From: Octopus sinensis
Lineage: Eukaryota
Reading direction: 5' to 3'
NCBI RefSeq assembly: GCF_006345805.1
Contig: NC_043006.1
Span: forward strand, 16,678,001 to 16,742,000
DNA length: 64,000 bases
Below, piece by piece: positions 28,561-42,645 of this stretch; within the stretch, counting starts at the first letter, position 1; every line of letters begins with the position of its first letter. The notes under the pieces are model-generated. The model had not been told where the DNA came from. It was given only the letters and a program-made list of their open reading frames with translations, and did not search any database. Both the position numbers and the translations under genes were made by a program.

Positions 28561-29761
28561 TTAACCAATGAAAAGAGAGCAGGTTTTTCTCATCAGGCGT
28601 TTGACAAGTTCTCAATTATTTCCCTTTATAGCGCTATTTAATATTCCATCTTTTTATCTCGATCGCCAGAATTAATCTTGTTATTATTTCTCTTTACCGG
28701 AGACGGAAGTTCTAAAAATTATTCTGTTTTCTCTTCGAGTTATTTCTTTATATCAGCGATTTTTTAAATAGAATAAAAGAAAAAAAAAAGAAAGAAAAAC
28801 ATCGAAAAGGAAATTGAATATTTCTTTTCGCTTTTAATAATTTTCTAGCATTAATTTTTGATCCTATTAAAAGTTGAATAGCGACTTTCTAAACTTAAAT
28901 CGATTAGTGTTTGAATATGGATGATTGTAGCTCAATCATTGTTTCGAGTTGGAGATGCATTTACTTAGAGATATTTTTTTAATACTATGATTTATATAAA
29001 GGAAATCACGCCCATGCATTTTAGATTTAACGAAGCAAGTTCTATGATTCTTGAAATAACCAAATTACATCGAATTACATACATCGATTTGAGGCTAACA
29101 ACTTCATTTCGGGTCACAAACGCGGCTAGCAACATTTACATCACTTTCTACTTCCAAATCCAATATCCGATTAAAGATTTTTTTCTCTTAAACACACGAT
29201 CAGTTTTTCTTTTTCTTAAAAAAAAAAAAAAAGTAGTTGAATGAGGCAAAAACTGGTATTTATAATTATCGACTTAAAAGAGAAATGCATCCAACTAGAT
29301 TGGTTTAAAGTCTGTCGTTATTTGCTGTCTTGTTTCGGCTGTAAGGTTAACATGCAGTTTGGTGGTTTAAAAAATGGCCATAAATTGACCAGAGGTGAAG
29401 ATAGTGATATCCCAATATTTCATAAAGCGAACAGCTGAAATTTTATGATTTTGTATAGTACCTTCTACTAATATCTTGTGTTTCAGAAACAGCAGCTGAG
29501 ATACAAGGTTCCAACGTAACTATATCCAGCATAAATATGATTGTTTTCATCTCATATAAAATATATCCTATGTTCTACACATTAGTTATGTCACACAGAT
29601 CTCATTGCCATCACTTCCGGCCAATTTACTTTCATGATTTTAAAACCCTAAACTGAATGTTAACCAGCAATAAGCTCATTGCTTTACTTTATCCAAATAT
29701 ATCGACAAATGACCTTTTAGAAGTTGTTGCTTAACCTCTTGTCAACCCATATTTAACATAC

Positions 29762-29924
29762 CTATAATCAAAGGCATTCGATTTGTAACCAATTCCCCCT
29801 TTTTTTCCTTGGTATACTGTATCTTATTCAGTGAATTACATAATCCAATATCTCCTTCATTAAAGACGATAGGATGTAATTTCAGGGAGATACAGCTACG
29901 ATTTCTAGCAGGATTAGCAACCAC
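29762..29924 (-). CDS. Weak candidate exon (...VVANPARNRSC...TNRMPLII)
   Basis: Open frame ending at G|GTATGT donor (29761); no convincing acceptor located, so start is uncertain. Confidence 0.2.
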
Positions 29925-30127
29925 GTAGAGGTTCCTCGGCGACTCAAAATTATAAGATGCATGGCTTTACATTGCATAATATACTCAAACACTCAGACAG
30001 TACATGCTCAGAAACACAATATTTTCAGTAAGTTTCTTTGGCTCGGTATAATATTTCTTTTAAGTGGGAAGCCTGTCCGGAGTGGAGGCTGAGAGTTTCC
30101 AACTTTTTAAACCCGTCAGACACCCTT

Positions 30128-30360
30128 ATATTTCTTTATTGCCCACAAGGGGCTAAACATAGAGAGGACAAACAAGGACAGACAGATGGATTAAGTCGAT
30201 TATATCGACCCCAGTGCGAAACTGGTACTTATTTAATCGACCCCGAAAGGATGAAAAGCAAAGTCGACCTAGGCGGAATTTGAACTCAGAACGTAGCGAC
30301 AGACGAAATACTGCTAAGCATTTCGCCCGGCGCCCTAACGTTTCTGCCAGCTCGCCGCCT
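30128..30360 (-). mobile_element. SINE family A, full length
   Basis: Flanked by direct repeat CCGTCAGACACCCTTAT (about 30113 and 30363). Confidence 0.85.
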
Positions 30361-30542
30361 CATCCGTCAGACACCCTTATTGAAGAAAGAAATATAGGAA
30401 GGCGGAATCGCAACTGCAAGGTTTCAGGTTCAGTCCACTGTGCAGCACCTCAAGCAAGAGTCTTCTACTATAGCCCTGGGCCGACCAGTGCCTTATGTAT
30501 GAATATATTAGCATATTTTCCTTCGCACATCAACTCACGTAC

Positions 30543-30573
<31 letters not shown>

Positions 30574-30989
30574 CATACATACATACATACATACATACAT
30601 ACACACACGCACACACACACTCACACACACATGTGCACGACAACCTATACCCGAATTCTTGGTGGAATTCACACAGATGACAGAAAATCTCATCATTATC
30701 TATTATGTCTCATGTGTCTGGGCTCAAGTTCTCATTTTAAATTCCCTTTTATTCCTGAAGAATGAATGGGTCAAGTCACCCATCAATCCTATGCATACAT
30801 TAACATTCTTCACACGTAACGGAAAATTAAATATCGAATGTAATTCCATAGCTTTCACCTATTTAATCACCCCATAAAGAGAAAACAATTGCATTTTTAG
30901 CCGTATTTGAATAATTATTTTAAAAATCGCATTAACAACGATAGATAGTGTGTAACTTAAGTACAAATATATGGGAAACTACCACCTGT

Positions 30990-31243
30990 ATCATCTCTTG
31001 TGAAAGGTAGAAGAGTCCAGTTTGCTGGACATTGTTCTAGAGCTGAAAATGAAGTAATTTCTACTCTTCTCCTCTGGAAGCCATCTGCTCGCGATACCAG
31101 AGGGCGCACACTCTCCTACCCTGATGTAATCTCCAGGGATACAGGCATCCAGCAACAGGACCTTCGTAATGCTATGATGGACCGTGAAGTCTGGTGTAAC
31201 ATAGTAAATTCCATTGTCTCGACCATGGTCGAACAATGATGAG
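30990..31243 (+). mobile_element. RTE-clade LINE 3' end
   Basis: RRVQFAGHCSRAENEVISTLLLWKPS...GRTLSYPDVISRDTGI...AMMDREVW, typical RTE ORF2 C-terminus, then TGATGA tail. Confidence 0.8.
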
Positions 31244-31340
31244 TGTGTAACATGAATATTCATTTCTTTAATATAATTCGAGACGTTTCTACTGTAAGGT
31301 GACTGCACTTTTCGAGAGATGTGAAAAAAAACATTCATAT

Positions 31341-31380
<40 letters not shown>

Positions 31381-31981
31381 ATAATCATTGACGTACACAA
31401 AATATCTAATACCGTCACACCCAGTTTTATAAATGCAGGCGTAGCTATGAGGTAAGAAGGTTGCCAGCCAATAACATGGTTTGAGGTTCAGTCCTATTGT
31501 GTGACATTTTGGCTGTTCTTTTCTTCTGCTCCATTAGTATTAGTAATTCTGAGACATATATATTTATTTCTGTCGTATTTTCCTCGTCAGTATAGCACGC
31601 TTAATTAATTCAATGAGTAATGAATGCTTCATGAAGGAAATGAATTAAGTACGATTCTGACTTGGAAATAAATGGAAAAATACAAATCTTGGAAGATTTA
31701 AATAAGAACAGTAACAGTTATAGAATTCAAGACGGAAATGAATAAATAAAACTTGAGAGAAATTCTTTGTAAAACCGGATTATATAGATTTAGACTTTTT
31801 TGGGGCCCTAGGAGTCGTGAAGTCGAAGTTTATCCCAGTTTCAAAGGCATAGAATTAACTGGGATTGCAACATCTCCTTCTGAACGAGATGCTGGTCCGT
31901 CGCAGAGTCAATCACCCAGCTATTGCAGGAACTGAAACAACGGAAAATAATGTGTTTTGTTCGACTATATAATACATCAGT

Positions 31982-32290
31982 GGAGGCACAATGGCCCAGT
32001 GGTTAGGGCAGCGGACTCGCGGTCGGAGGATCGCGGTTTCGATTCCCAGACCGGGCGTTGTGTGTGTTTATTGAGCAAAAATACCTAAAAAAAACCATGA
32101 GGCTCCGGCAGGGGGTGGTGGCGACCCCTCTTGTAGTCTTTCGCCACAACCTTCTCTCACTCTCTCTTCCTGTTTCTTGAGTAACGCTGTCATGGACTGG
32201 CGTCCCGTTCAGCTGCGGGGAACACATACGCCACAGAAACCGGAAAACCGGGCCCATGAGCCTGGGTAGGCTAGGAAAGGGCGACGTTTA
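31982..32290 (+). mobile_element. SINE family C (tRNA-Arg-like GGAGGCGCAATGGCCCAGTGGTTAGG head), tail type 1
   Basis: A-box TGGCCCAGTGG and B-box-like GTTTCGATTCC; 3' half unique among the four copies. Confidence 0.85.
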
Positions 32291-32356
32291 TCGTTATATA
32301 ATACATCACCCGGTCTGGAAATCGAAACCAAGATCTTATGATTGTGAGTGTAACAG

Positions 32357-32745
32357 TCGGCGAGCTGGCAGAAACGTTAGCACGCCAGGCGAAATGCTTA
32401 GCGGTGTTTCGTCTGTCTTTATGTTCTGAGTTCAAATTCCGCTGTGATCGACTTTGCCTTTTATCCTTTCGGAGTCGATAAATTAAGTACCAGTGACGCA
32501 CTGGGGTCGATATAGTCGGCTTAATCCGTGTGCCTGTCCTTGTTTGCCCTCTCTGTGTTTAGCCCCTTGTGAGTAGTAAAGAAATAGGTATTTCGTCTGT
32601 CTTTAGGTTCTGAGTTCAAATTCCGCCGAGGTCGACTTTGCTTTTTATCCTTTCGGAGTCGATAAATTAAGTACCAGTTGCGTACTGAGGTCGATCTAAT
32701 CGACTGGCCCCCCTCCCTCAAAATTTCAGGCCTAGTGCTTAGAGC
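32357..32745 (+). mobile_element. SINE family A dimer
   Basis: Monomer, then AAAGAAATA|GGTATTTCG junction at 32586/7, then second unit. Confidence 0.85.
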
Positions 32746-33281
32746 AGAAAAGATTATAGTCACAATCAATCGATTGAAACCGTGAATTATATACATATAT
32801 ACTGCTACATACTCAATTCTTTAAAAAAGCGGGAGGGGGGATTCTGTTTTTCAATTCATAAATTCACCAGAGTAATAAATATGAGACACGAAAAGTAATT
32901 AAAATTTAAAAAAAAAGAACAAAAATATAATTGGAAATCAGTCTCTTGAAAAAATAACTTTTTTTTTCTACAAAATGAATATATAGTTTTGGGGCGTTTT
33001 GACTAGTCCATGACACTACAAAAAATGAACATATGTATAGTATTACTAATATATTTTTTTCTTTTTATATTGCGTAAAAAAAAAGAAACTGATGTAAAAT
33101 TTAAATAAAAGGTGACTAATGTAAATTCAACTAGTGATTACATTACATGAAATGAGACTGAAAAACAAGCAGGTAAACAAATATTCAGATAAAGTGTAAA
33201 GACACTTGTCATCTGTAAAAATTTTATCCTACATTGTAAAGGGGAATAACTATGAGTATATTTAAAGCCATTTGTACTTAC

Positions 33282-33317
33282 CGCCCTTGCCATCAGTTCG
33301 GGATGCCGTGTCGAAAA
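33282..33317 (-). CDS. Candidate 36-nt micro-exon (FSTRHPELMARA) downstream of the 40150 exon
   Basis: Minus strand reads ttttatttcgtag|TTTTCGACACGGCATCCCGAACTGATGGCAAGGGCG|gtaagt: strong acceptor, consensus donor, phase 0/0 matching the phase-0 end of the large exon; GC-rich island in very AT-rich DNA. Confidence 0.5.
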
Positions 33318-33761
33318 CTACGAAATAAAATAAAATTTTATGTTATCAAAAGGCTTATATACAAAAATTCAAATAATCAAATATTTATTAACACGATAGT
33401 TTGAATGAAAAGTGAAAAGCTTTTTTTAGTACCGAACTTGATTATGTTTACCTCAAAAATATTTCAACAGGTTCAAAATTTATATGATTGTCATAAAATC
33501 ATAGAATTGCCGATATATATCTTCCAGATTTTTTTTTATTTTTGTGGATATATTTGCTCATCACATTAATTTTGTACATGCTGTCATTGTCGCTGTTGTT
33601 CTTTAGCCCTAGGTCAGCCCTGGATGAGCAGAGACTTATGATCAAAACCACACCTGGCCGGAACGATCCGTCTTTTACCTCTATGTAAGGAAACCGGAAC
33701 TACATTATCCAACCCTTTTTAAGACGACGATGTATGTCTGTATCACAATTAGATTTCGCTG

Positions 33762-34170
33762 GGATCTTTTCGGTTTGAACGGCAGTTTTTTTTAGCGGTG
33801 TCATATGAAATTGTCACCCATAATTATGACCCTAGTATCGATCTATTGCATTTCAATCTGTTTTAGGGTTAGGGGTGGGGGGAAGGTATCTTTTTTTCTT
33901 CAGAAATGTAAATAAACCCAATCTGTTTCTTAAACGAGGGAATATTCATACGGCACAGAATGTTTTCACCTCAATAGACGTCACTGATTGGTTGAAATTG
34001 CAGAAATTGAAGAAAAAAAACAACAAATATCTTACAAACTATAGAATTTTCTCAATAAAGCCAAGAGAAAAAGATGTTTTATAAACACATTCTACCAGTA
34101 TACGAAGTTTAAAAGTGTTTAGTTACGTGGAAATTATTTTAAAAAACTGCCGTTGAAACCGAAAAGATCC
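33762..34170. mobile_element. MITE with about 30-bp TIRs (GGATCTTTTCGGTTT...) and 8-bp TSD, possibly Merlin-type
   Basis: TIRs at 33762 and 34141-34170; perfect TSD TTTCGCTG at 33754-61 and 34171-78. Confidence 0.85.
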
Positions 34171-34534
34171 TTTCGCTGCTATATTTCGAAAGATGAGTGA
34201 TCACGTTGAGACTATTTCACAAGCAATTTCACGCAATCATCTTTAGTCTTTGCGGCGAAATAGACTCTAAGGGAGATAACCACCGTTTTTTTTTTTTTTT
34301 ATTTTTATTTTCAGTAAATATATCTTACATGGTGATGATGCAAAGCAGAAATTATAAGACAGTGCCTTTCGACCATTTTTTTTTTTTTTTTACCTATGAA
34401 CTCCTTCAATGACTCTGCTAATCTGGTGGATCCCACAAAGCTATTCAATGTTTACAAACTAGTTTTATAGATGCTTCTTTCAAAATTCCTATTTTTATTT
34501 TTCACACCCTAACTTGTGTAAGTATGCGAAAAGC

Positions 34535-34759
34535 AAACTCTATTACTCTCTTTACTCTTTTACTCGTTTCAGTCATTTGACTGTGGCCATGCTGGAGCAC
34601 CGCCTTTCGTCGAGCAAATCGACCGCAGGACTTATTCTTTGTAAGCCTAGTACTTATTCTATCAGTCTCTTTTGCCGAACCGCTAGATTACGGGAACGTA
34701 AACAAACCATAATCGGTTGTCAAGTGATTTTGGGAGTGGGGGGACAAACACAGACACAA

Positions 34760-34841
<82 letters not shown>

Positions 34842-35022
34842 TATATATACGACAGGCTTCTTTCAGTTTCCGTCTACCAAATCTATTCACAAGGCTTTGG
34901 TCGGCTCGAGGCTGTAGTAGAAGACACTTGCCCAAGGTGCCACGCAGTAGGACTGAACCCGGAACCATGTGGTTGGTAAGCAAGCTATTTACCACACAGC
35001 CACTCCTGTGCCTACTGAGCTG
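34535..35022 (-). mobile_element. SINE family B, full length
   Basis: Reverse complement of the 5808 copy with an expanded CA/TA tract. Confidence 0.85.
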
Positions 35023-35764
35023 TTTCCAAAGTAACATTTTTTTTTTCATGGGTCCTTAAAATATTTCTTGTGGATTTCCAATTTACTCTTTAGCTTGCGT
35101 GGGCCCCAAAAAATCTAACATGGGCTCCAAGGGCCATATGGATCCCTGGTTGAGAACCATTGTGCTAAAACCTCGACTTACGTCGTAATGTTTTTATTTA
35201 TTTATTGATGGATAATGAGGAAGGAACCTTATCTATGATCTTTGCAATCCATACGGTATTTTTTCCTTCTGACTCGTCAGATTTCGGTTTCAAATCTCGT
35301 GAAGATCAACTTTGCCTGTCATGCTTTTGGGGGTCGATAATATAAAGAACCAGTCAACTGCTGGGTTCAACGGTACTAACTAATCCTCTTCTTCTCCTAC
35401 CTGTTGGCAAGGCCCAGCAAGACCCGGGAATATACCCGGAATATACAAATGATAAATGCAGCAACGAGCTGCAACGGCGCGTGCTTCAGCAGCTGACCTG
35501 ACCTTCGCAGCAGAAATGTGCATGTGTGTGTGTGCGTGCGCGCGTATTTATGTATGTATGTCTCTCTCTCTATATATATATACAATATATGTATGTATGT
35601 ATGTATGTATGTATATCACGTGATCACGTGACCGACCAGGCTATCAGATGTTACACATCGCTGGTCACAATGCGCTTCGCATTGTTTTAGCCTTCAAATG
35701 ACGCCACCCCGCTGGCTAAGCTAGCAGGCAAATGTATGTATGTATGTATATATATAATATATAT

Positions 35765-35835
<71 letters not shown>

Positions 35836-36347
35836 AGATAATGCAAGATATTTTTTAACATGGGGTTTTATAATATATGAAGTTGTTCTGGTTTACACTG
35901 TCTTGTGCACAAATCGATATTGTTTAATCAACAACGAACCGTCAAAACACAAATATGCAAATTACGGTAGCCATTAAGGTGCTAGCTTAATTTAGGACTG
36001 CTTCATAGGCACAGCTGACCTATGATATTGATTGGGGAAGGAAGTCTTGTACACCTCCTGCAAACGGTTCATTAAAAGACTTTCTTCCCTTTTATCCCCT
36101 GCACATCAACAGAAACTGAAAAAGTGTGTTTACATTCTTATTTAAGCTACAATGAGATTTTATAATGTGTGAGTTTGCGATTTTAGTGTGCTTAGCAAAA
36201 CTGTTTGACATTTGCCTGAAAAAATTGTTAATTTGATTTGGAAACTGTTTTGCAAAATATAAAATATTATTATAAAGATAACTGCGTAGCGAATAAATTT
36301 TAAAATACAGAGGCGGGTATGGGAATTTTTTTTAGTTCAAATAAATA

Positions 36348-36578
36348 CAGGATGGACCAAAAGTCACGCGCAAAGTTCGATACGCTCCGGAATTGCCAAA
36401 CACAAGCTTCAATTTTTGTAAAATTGAAGGAAATCTGAATGAAATAATTAAAATAATGATGAATACACGCTCACTTGTACATGAACAAAATGAATAATAC
36501 TCGTAATAATAATAATAATAATAATAACGTAATATAAATAACATAAATGTTTCGGTGCGTGACTTTTGGCCCATCTAT
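36348..36578. mobile_element. Tc1/mariner-type MITE
   Basis: TIR CAGGATGGACCAAAAGTCACGC with a slightly degenerate inverted partner at 36557-36578; TA on both flanks. Confidence 0.65.
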
Positions 36579-36946
36579 TATTTATCAGTTGAATTATTCT
36601 CTATGACAAATCTCAAAACTGTATCAACACGGTTGTTTAGTTAATTAGAATTAGTGTCTGAATAGAATTGTACAAGTTTCATTTCTACGCTTCAGTTAAC
36701 TCCATGAAATGGTTTACAGTTCGTAAATAATAAAAGCGGTATAAAAAAATGATTTAATTACACTTTGTTAAGCGAATTCATAATTGAAACCATCTCCTAT
36801 CAGTTTGACATGTTTCAAACATAACCATGAGTTATGGTTAAACATTTAGTTTCTACAAAGACACAACGCATCAGATTATGACGAACGGAAATATTTCTTA
36901 ATGCCTACAATCAGTAATCGTAACCGAAATCAACAACTGTATTTTA

Positions 36947-37099
36947 ACACACTCACCGGTAAAATTTCCACTTTTTTTCTTATTATTATTGTCCTAAAAT
37001 TTTCGTTGCATCAAAACTATTGAAAAGGTTGCAAGCCGCAAGGAAAATTTTAGGACAATAAAAATAAGAAAAAAGTGGAAATTTTACCGGCGAATGTGT
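36947..37099. mobile_element. Foldback (hairpin) MITE, about 63-bp arms
   Basis: Arms acacactcaccggtaaaatttccac...aaaattttcgttgc and gcaaggaaaattttagg...ccggcgaatgtgt are near-perfect inverted repeats; TA on both flanks. Confidence 0.75.
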
Positions 37100-37678
37100 T
37101 ACATAATAAGGCACAAAAAGAAAATGACTCTCCCCAGACACAACAGAATAAGCTTCAACACACGAACTCATATAAAGAATCTTGCAAACCAAATCCAAAA
37201 ACGAAATGTATTTTAACATTACAAAACAGCACAACAGAAAAGAGGTTAATAAACAACTGGTTTTAGTGTTTAATGAACACGTTTCATTGCAAACGTTTTA
37301 TAAGTATAGTTATTTTCTATATTATCTAAGGGAGAGCCGACTTGATAAAGAATATTCAGAGCACAATCAGATTTTAGAAGTACTTTATATAAATTTGAAT
37401 AATAGAAAAAAAAGTGCAACAGAAATTAGCACAGTGAGCTGGGAAGGTTTTTGGCACAGGTTTGTAAGTTATTGTTAAAGGTTATACGTAATCGCAAAAG
37501 TGAAAATAGTAACAGTATCTTGCAAATTAGAATAGAATACAACATATCGAAATACAATCATGTAACGAATCACTTGAACAGGAGCCAACTTTGATCAGAT
37601 TCGATGGAGTAAAGCAGGTACAACAACGAAAAAAGAAACGAAAAACGATGTGTCGATGTATGTATGTATATGTATGTA

Positions 37679-37731
<53 letters not shown>

Positions 37732-38199
37732 TAGAGAGAGAAAGAGAGAGACAGATAGGCAGATTATAAGGTTTTGGATGACAAATAATAATCACTCCAC
37801 CATAATGATGATAACTACACTTATAAAGCGTTTGCAATGAAACGGGTTCATTAAATATTAAAAGCAGTCATTTATTCACTCCTTTTCTGCTGTAGTGTTA
37901 AATTACAGGTGTTGATTCGGTTAGGATTTCGCTAGCGGCAGGCAATTTGTTGATAGGAATTTTAAGGGCACTCTGGAGTTAGATATGAATGAGGTTCTGG
38001 AATCTTGGGACAAAACAGCAAAAACCAGGAACTGTAATGTCAGATGCTCGACAGTAAAATGTTGTCCAGGCTTCCACCACTTATTCAAAGACAGCTAAAT
38101 TCAGGAAAGTTTAGTGAAGACTGTAACTGCAACACAAGGAGAAGTGTTGGGAAAACGATGACACCGAATTGCAAACTGATACCGGTTTCAATCGCAGAA

Positions 38200-38850
38200 G
38201 TGAGGGGAAAGGGAAAAAGTCAAATTCATTAGATGTCTCTGTTGGTCGATGCTGGAATCATAGGAATCTGGTGATGTCCCACAAAATCGGAAGCATTCTA
38301 TCATCATTGGTAAGAATGTCTGTGGAAATTATTGAGGTATTTATCTGTTTGCTATAGACAAGAAAGAAGATCCTTGTATGAGTGTTGCTCAATAGACTGA
38401 GTCAGAAAATTGCAGTAGTTCTGTTTGAAACTCAACGTAAATTCAGAAGGGATGGGGGAAATACCATGGATATAGTAATCTGCCTCCGTTAGATCCTAGA
38501 GAAATCCATCGAACAGATCAAAGAACTGTATGTGATCTTCCTTAACTTCACAAATACATTTCACAATGTAAACATATAACACGTATGACAGGCATTTAGC
38601 GGATGTGGAGTGAATCCCTCCTCGGAAGCTTTAAGGCCTTAAATTATATAGTTGGACAATAGATTTTCACGGTTTGATGCTACAATAGGAATCAAACAGA
38701 GCTACGTACTACTACGAACATTCTACATCTAAATTCGGTCGAATAACACCAGTTGCAGTTCCTCAGCACTTCATGTTGGTGTTGTGTATACTAGTCGTGT
38801 GTTCAAAGTCAGTAAGGCAGTTGATATTGCAGTTATTTCTATTTACATGA
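38200..38850 (+). mobile_element. Decayed RTE-clade reverse transcriptase fragment
   Basis: 38384-38573 reads VLLNRLSQKIAVVLFETQRKFRRDGGNTMDIVICLR*ILEKSIEQIKELYVIFLNFTNTFHNV, matching RT domains 1-2 (QCGFR...QEKCREQ...FIDLTKAFDTV). Confidence 0.7.
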
Positions 38851-40149
38851 TTTTTTTATTGCTTGGATTGAATGGACAAGTTTTTTTTTGTTTTTTTTTT
38901 TTTTTGCGATGTTGTAGTTAGTGCGGTGTTTTGTGGTTAGAGTTTAACGTAGAAATATAGGAAGTCCATTCAAGACTGGCCCAGCACGTGATAGAGATAA
39001 CGTGATGTTTGTACACCATTGATGTTTTCTTCTTGCAACTAACCACAAGTGGTACTTGTTATATTCCAATCAAAAAGATTTAGGTTCTGGAAATGTAAAC
39101 TACACAGGCTTATGGTTCCAGCTTATGGGTAGTTTGCTAGCCAGCATTATGTGTTCTTTCTCATTCGGTGGTGATGAGTGCTTTTTATGAGGGGTAACAA
39201 GAAATGGAATTGCTAAGTATTTCGCCAGGCGTGCTGAAGATTCTACCAGCTCGCCGCCTTTGGCTGCTTTAGTTTCTTTCAGATCAAGGCGGCTGCATAG
39301 AGACTTCCTCATTTGCACGTACATATGTAAATATACAAATGCAAATGCTTGCACGCACGTATGTAAATGTTTTTACCTGTGCGTGTGTTGATGCATTTAC
39401 GTATCATTTCTACTATAGGCACAAAGTTTGAAATTTGTGGGAAGGGGATTAGTCCATTTCAACGACCACAATGCGCAACTGGCACTTGCCTTATCTACCC
39501 TCCAGGAAGATGAAAGGCAAAGTCGACCTCGGCAGGATTTGAACTCAGAACGCAAGGACGGACGGAATGTCGCTGAATATTTTGACTTACCCTCTCCCCC
39601 GAAATTCCTGGCCTTATGCCAACAATTGAAACCAATATGATGGGCTCAGTATAATATACAAAAATAAGAAGTTGGTAATGATGATGATGATCATCATCAT
39701 TATCATCATCATCACCATCATAATCATCTTCACCATTTTATCAAAAGGAACAACACCAACTAGCACAACAAAAATAACAATAATAACAACTACCACCACC
39801 TCCACCATCACCCCAGCATCAATTATCTCAAACTGTTGCGTATACTCAGGACAGAAAGAATCTGAACGTTTTGCGGAGAAGAAAAATACAAAAAACGGGG
39901 AAAAAAGTGTTGGTGATGGAGGGGGAGAAGCAGAACTGTTTGATTTGTAATTTGGATTTTTTTTTTTTCGGTTTATGCTATCGAAAAATAAACTTTGTAC
40001 ATTTAGCTATCACAGTGTTGAGAACCAGGACGCAAGCGTTATTAGTCGATGCTCTACTAGCTGGAACAAAAAGGACGAGGGAAAGGGTCAGGCGATTTTC
40101 TACTTGTAATTTAAACATACGATATTAATAAAAAACTTGACTATCTTAC

Positions 40150-41228
40150 CTCTTCGTCTCTCAGGGATTTTTTCTTCATCAGAACGATCCTTTTGTGTTC
40201 TTTTAATCGCTCTTTGATTTTATCCTTGCCTTGAACAATGGGAAGGTTTGCAAGGAACCAACTTCCCAAAGAGATTCTATATCTACTGGGCGTGTTCTCA
40301 GAGCGAGCAATCAACCAAGCTAATACGCGTCCTTCTTTAATCTTTTGAGTCAGTCTCTTAGCCGTAGTTAAGAGAGCGACGTAGTTCGGTTCACATTTCT
40401 CTTCGATGTTTATGTAACTCTGCTTCACCTGAAGAAGCCAATTCTGCAATTGTTCATAATGATTAATAACAAACACAGTGTCTTTTATATCGATGTCGTT
40501 ATCGACCGGAATAACGTCTTGTTCCAATAAATTGGTAGTATTCACAATTTTTTCTTTCGGAATTTTATCCAAAATATTCTTCGAGTTGTTCAGTTTCAGT
40601 TCTTCGTTCATTTCATTCAGATTATTTAAGTTGAAAACCTTTTCATCGGAACAACGATTGTTCTGCAAATTTCTCCATTCTTTCTTAATGTCATCTCTCC
40701 ATTCGCAGTCTTTCATCAGTTCTTGATCGAGGTCATCCAAAACTTTGAGAGCTTCATTCGTTTCGGATTCTTCGATGCATTTAGCCTCATTAATATCATT
40801 TGCAGCTCTTGCCGCTTTCAAACCATCTTCGATTTCATTAAGCGTTATTTGCTTTTGCAGAACATTAAGAAAATAACTTGTTTCCTCCAATTTTTCATCG
40901 ATGCTTCGCTTTTTAAGAATCCAGTTAGATTCCGGATCAGCCTTCACTGATTTGTTAACTGTTGGTTCTTGGAGAAGAATCGAATGCTTCCCGAGGACTA
41001 GCTCATGGAATTTGGCGGCTTCGTAATCGGACATTCCTATAGTGCTGTTATATAGGGAGATATCCATGTTCAGCTTACAACTGTTATACAGATAACCCGA
41101 AATATGTGTTGGAATACAATCAGTTTTCACGAAATAACAAGCAAAGCAGTGTGTATACTTCCAATTCGCAGGTAAAAGTATCCTTCTGCTAAGCCAATAA
41201 AAGATGCTACAAAGCGAAAGTTGGAAAA
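40150..41228 (-). CDS. Large coding exon (1079 nt) of an unidentified coiled-coil/helical protein
   Basis: Frame open from a T8-CAG acceptor (41229-41239) to an AG|GTAAGA donor (40149); 2 nt + 359 codons. Reads FQLSLCSIFYWLSRRILLPANWKYTHCFACYFVKTDCIP...KSLRDEE. First in-frame ATG at 41067 (MDISLYNS); the track ORF starts at a GTG. Non-repetitive, E/K/N/L-rich. No family recognised. Confidence 0.75.
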
Positions 41229-41637
41229 CTGAAAAAAAATCGGGTACGTGTTTAAAACTTCAATGGTTAGATATGTTAATAAGTTGTACGTTCCGTCTCG
41301 ATGACAGGTTTAGCAATGAACTGTGTGTTCTACAGATTTTGTTTATGAAGACAGCTCACCGTAAGTAAAAAGTAAATACAACCAAACTACTCGGCTCCAA
41401 TTGGGTGAGCCGGCAATGTGTGTAAAATGTGTGGCGTTTTTTAAGCACCTCCCAGTCAATTGAAATTTTCACAGTGTTAATCCTAATTCGCATGAATCGT
41501 ATTGTTTTAATCCGATTTTAGGTCGAACGTAACGTGAGTATGGAAAGTGTGTTATTAGCAAGCCCAATGTCATGTGCAGCCGAGCATGTTTTAATGTGTT
41601 TACCATACAACAACAACAAATACTGCTGCTGCTGCTG

Positions 41638-41695
<58 letters not shown>

Positions 41696-41807
41696 ACGCA
41701 CTATTAGAACCAAAACATGGTGACTGCAATATTAGATAATGTTTTTAAAAAAGATCCTGGTCCGTATATTACTCTTCTGAAATATATAGAGATCTAGATG
41801 TCTGAAG

Positions 41808-42460
<653 letters not shown>

Positions 42461-42645
42461 AACACGCACATAAAACATACACACACGCATACACTCACAC
42501 ACACGCACATATAGCATACAAACACAGTCGTGATAGCTGGTATAGAAATCAGGGACAAAATACATTCATATTCTAAATAATCCATATATTCGTTTCTCAC
42601 ACTTACATAAATTTACACATACAGACCAATGCTAATAATAATGAT

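Noticed and set aside
29240-29434. Minus-strand acceptor at 29435 with short protein-like frames
   Set aside because: All three frames stop within 90 nt; a real exon would need a frameshift in a T6 run.
31982-32060. tRNA-like sequences at SINE heads (also 5808, 14102, 43184, 46810, 57870)
   Set aside because: They lack a pairing acceptor stem and continue into SINE bodies; not tRNA genes.
33864-33875. TTAGGGTTAGGG inside the MITE as a link to the telomeric array
   Set aside because: Only two hexamers, no 31-nt spacer; part of the MITE body.
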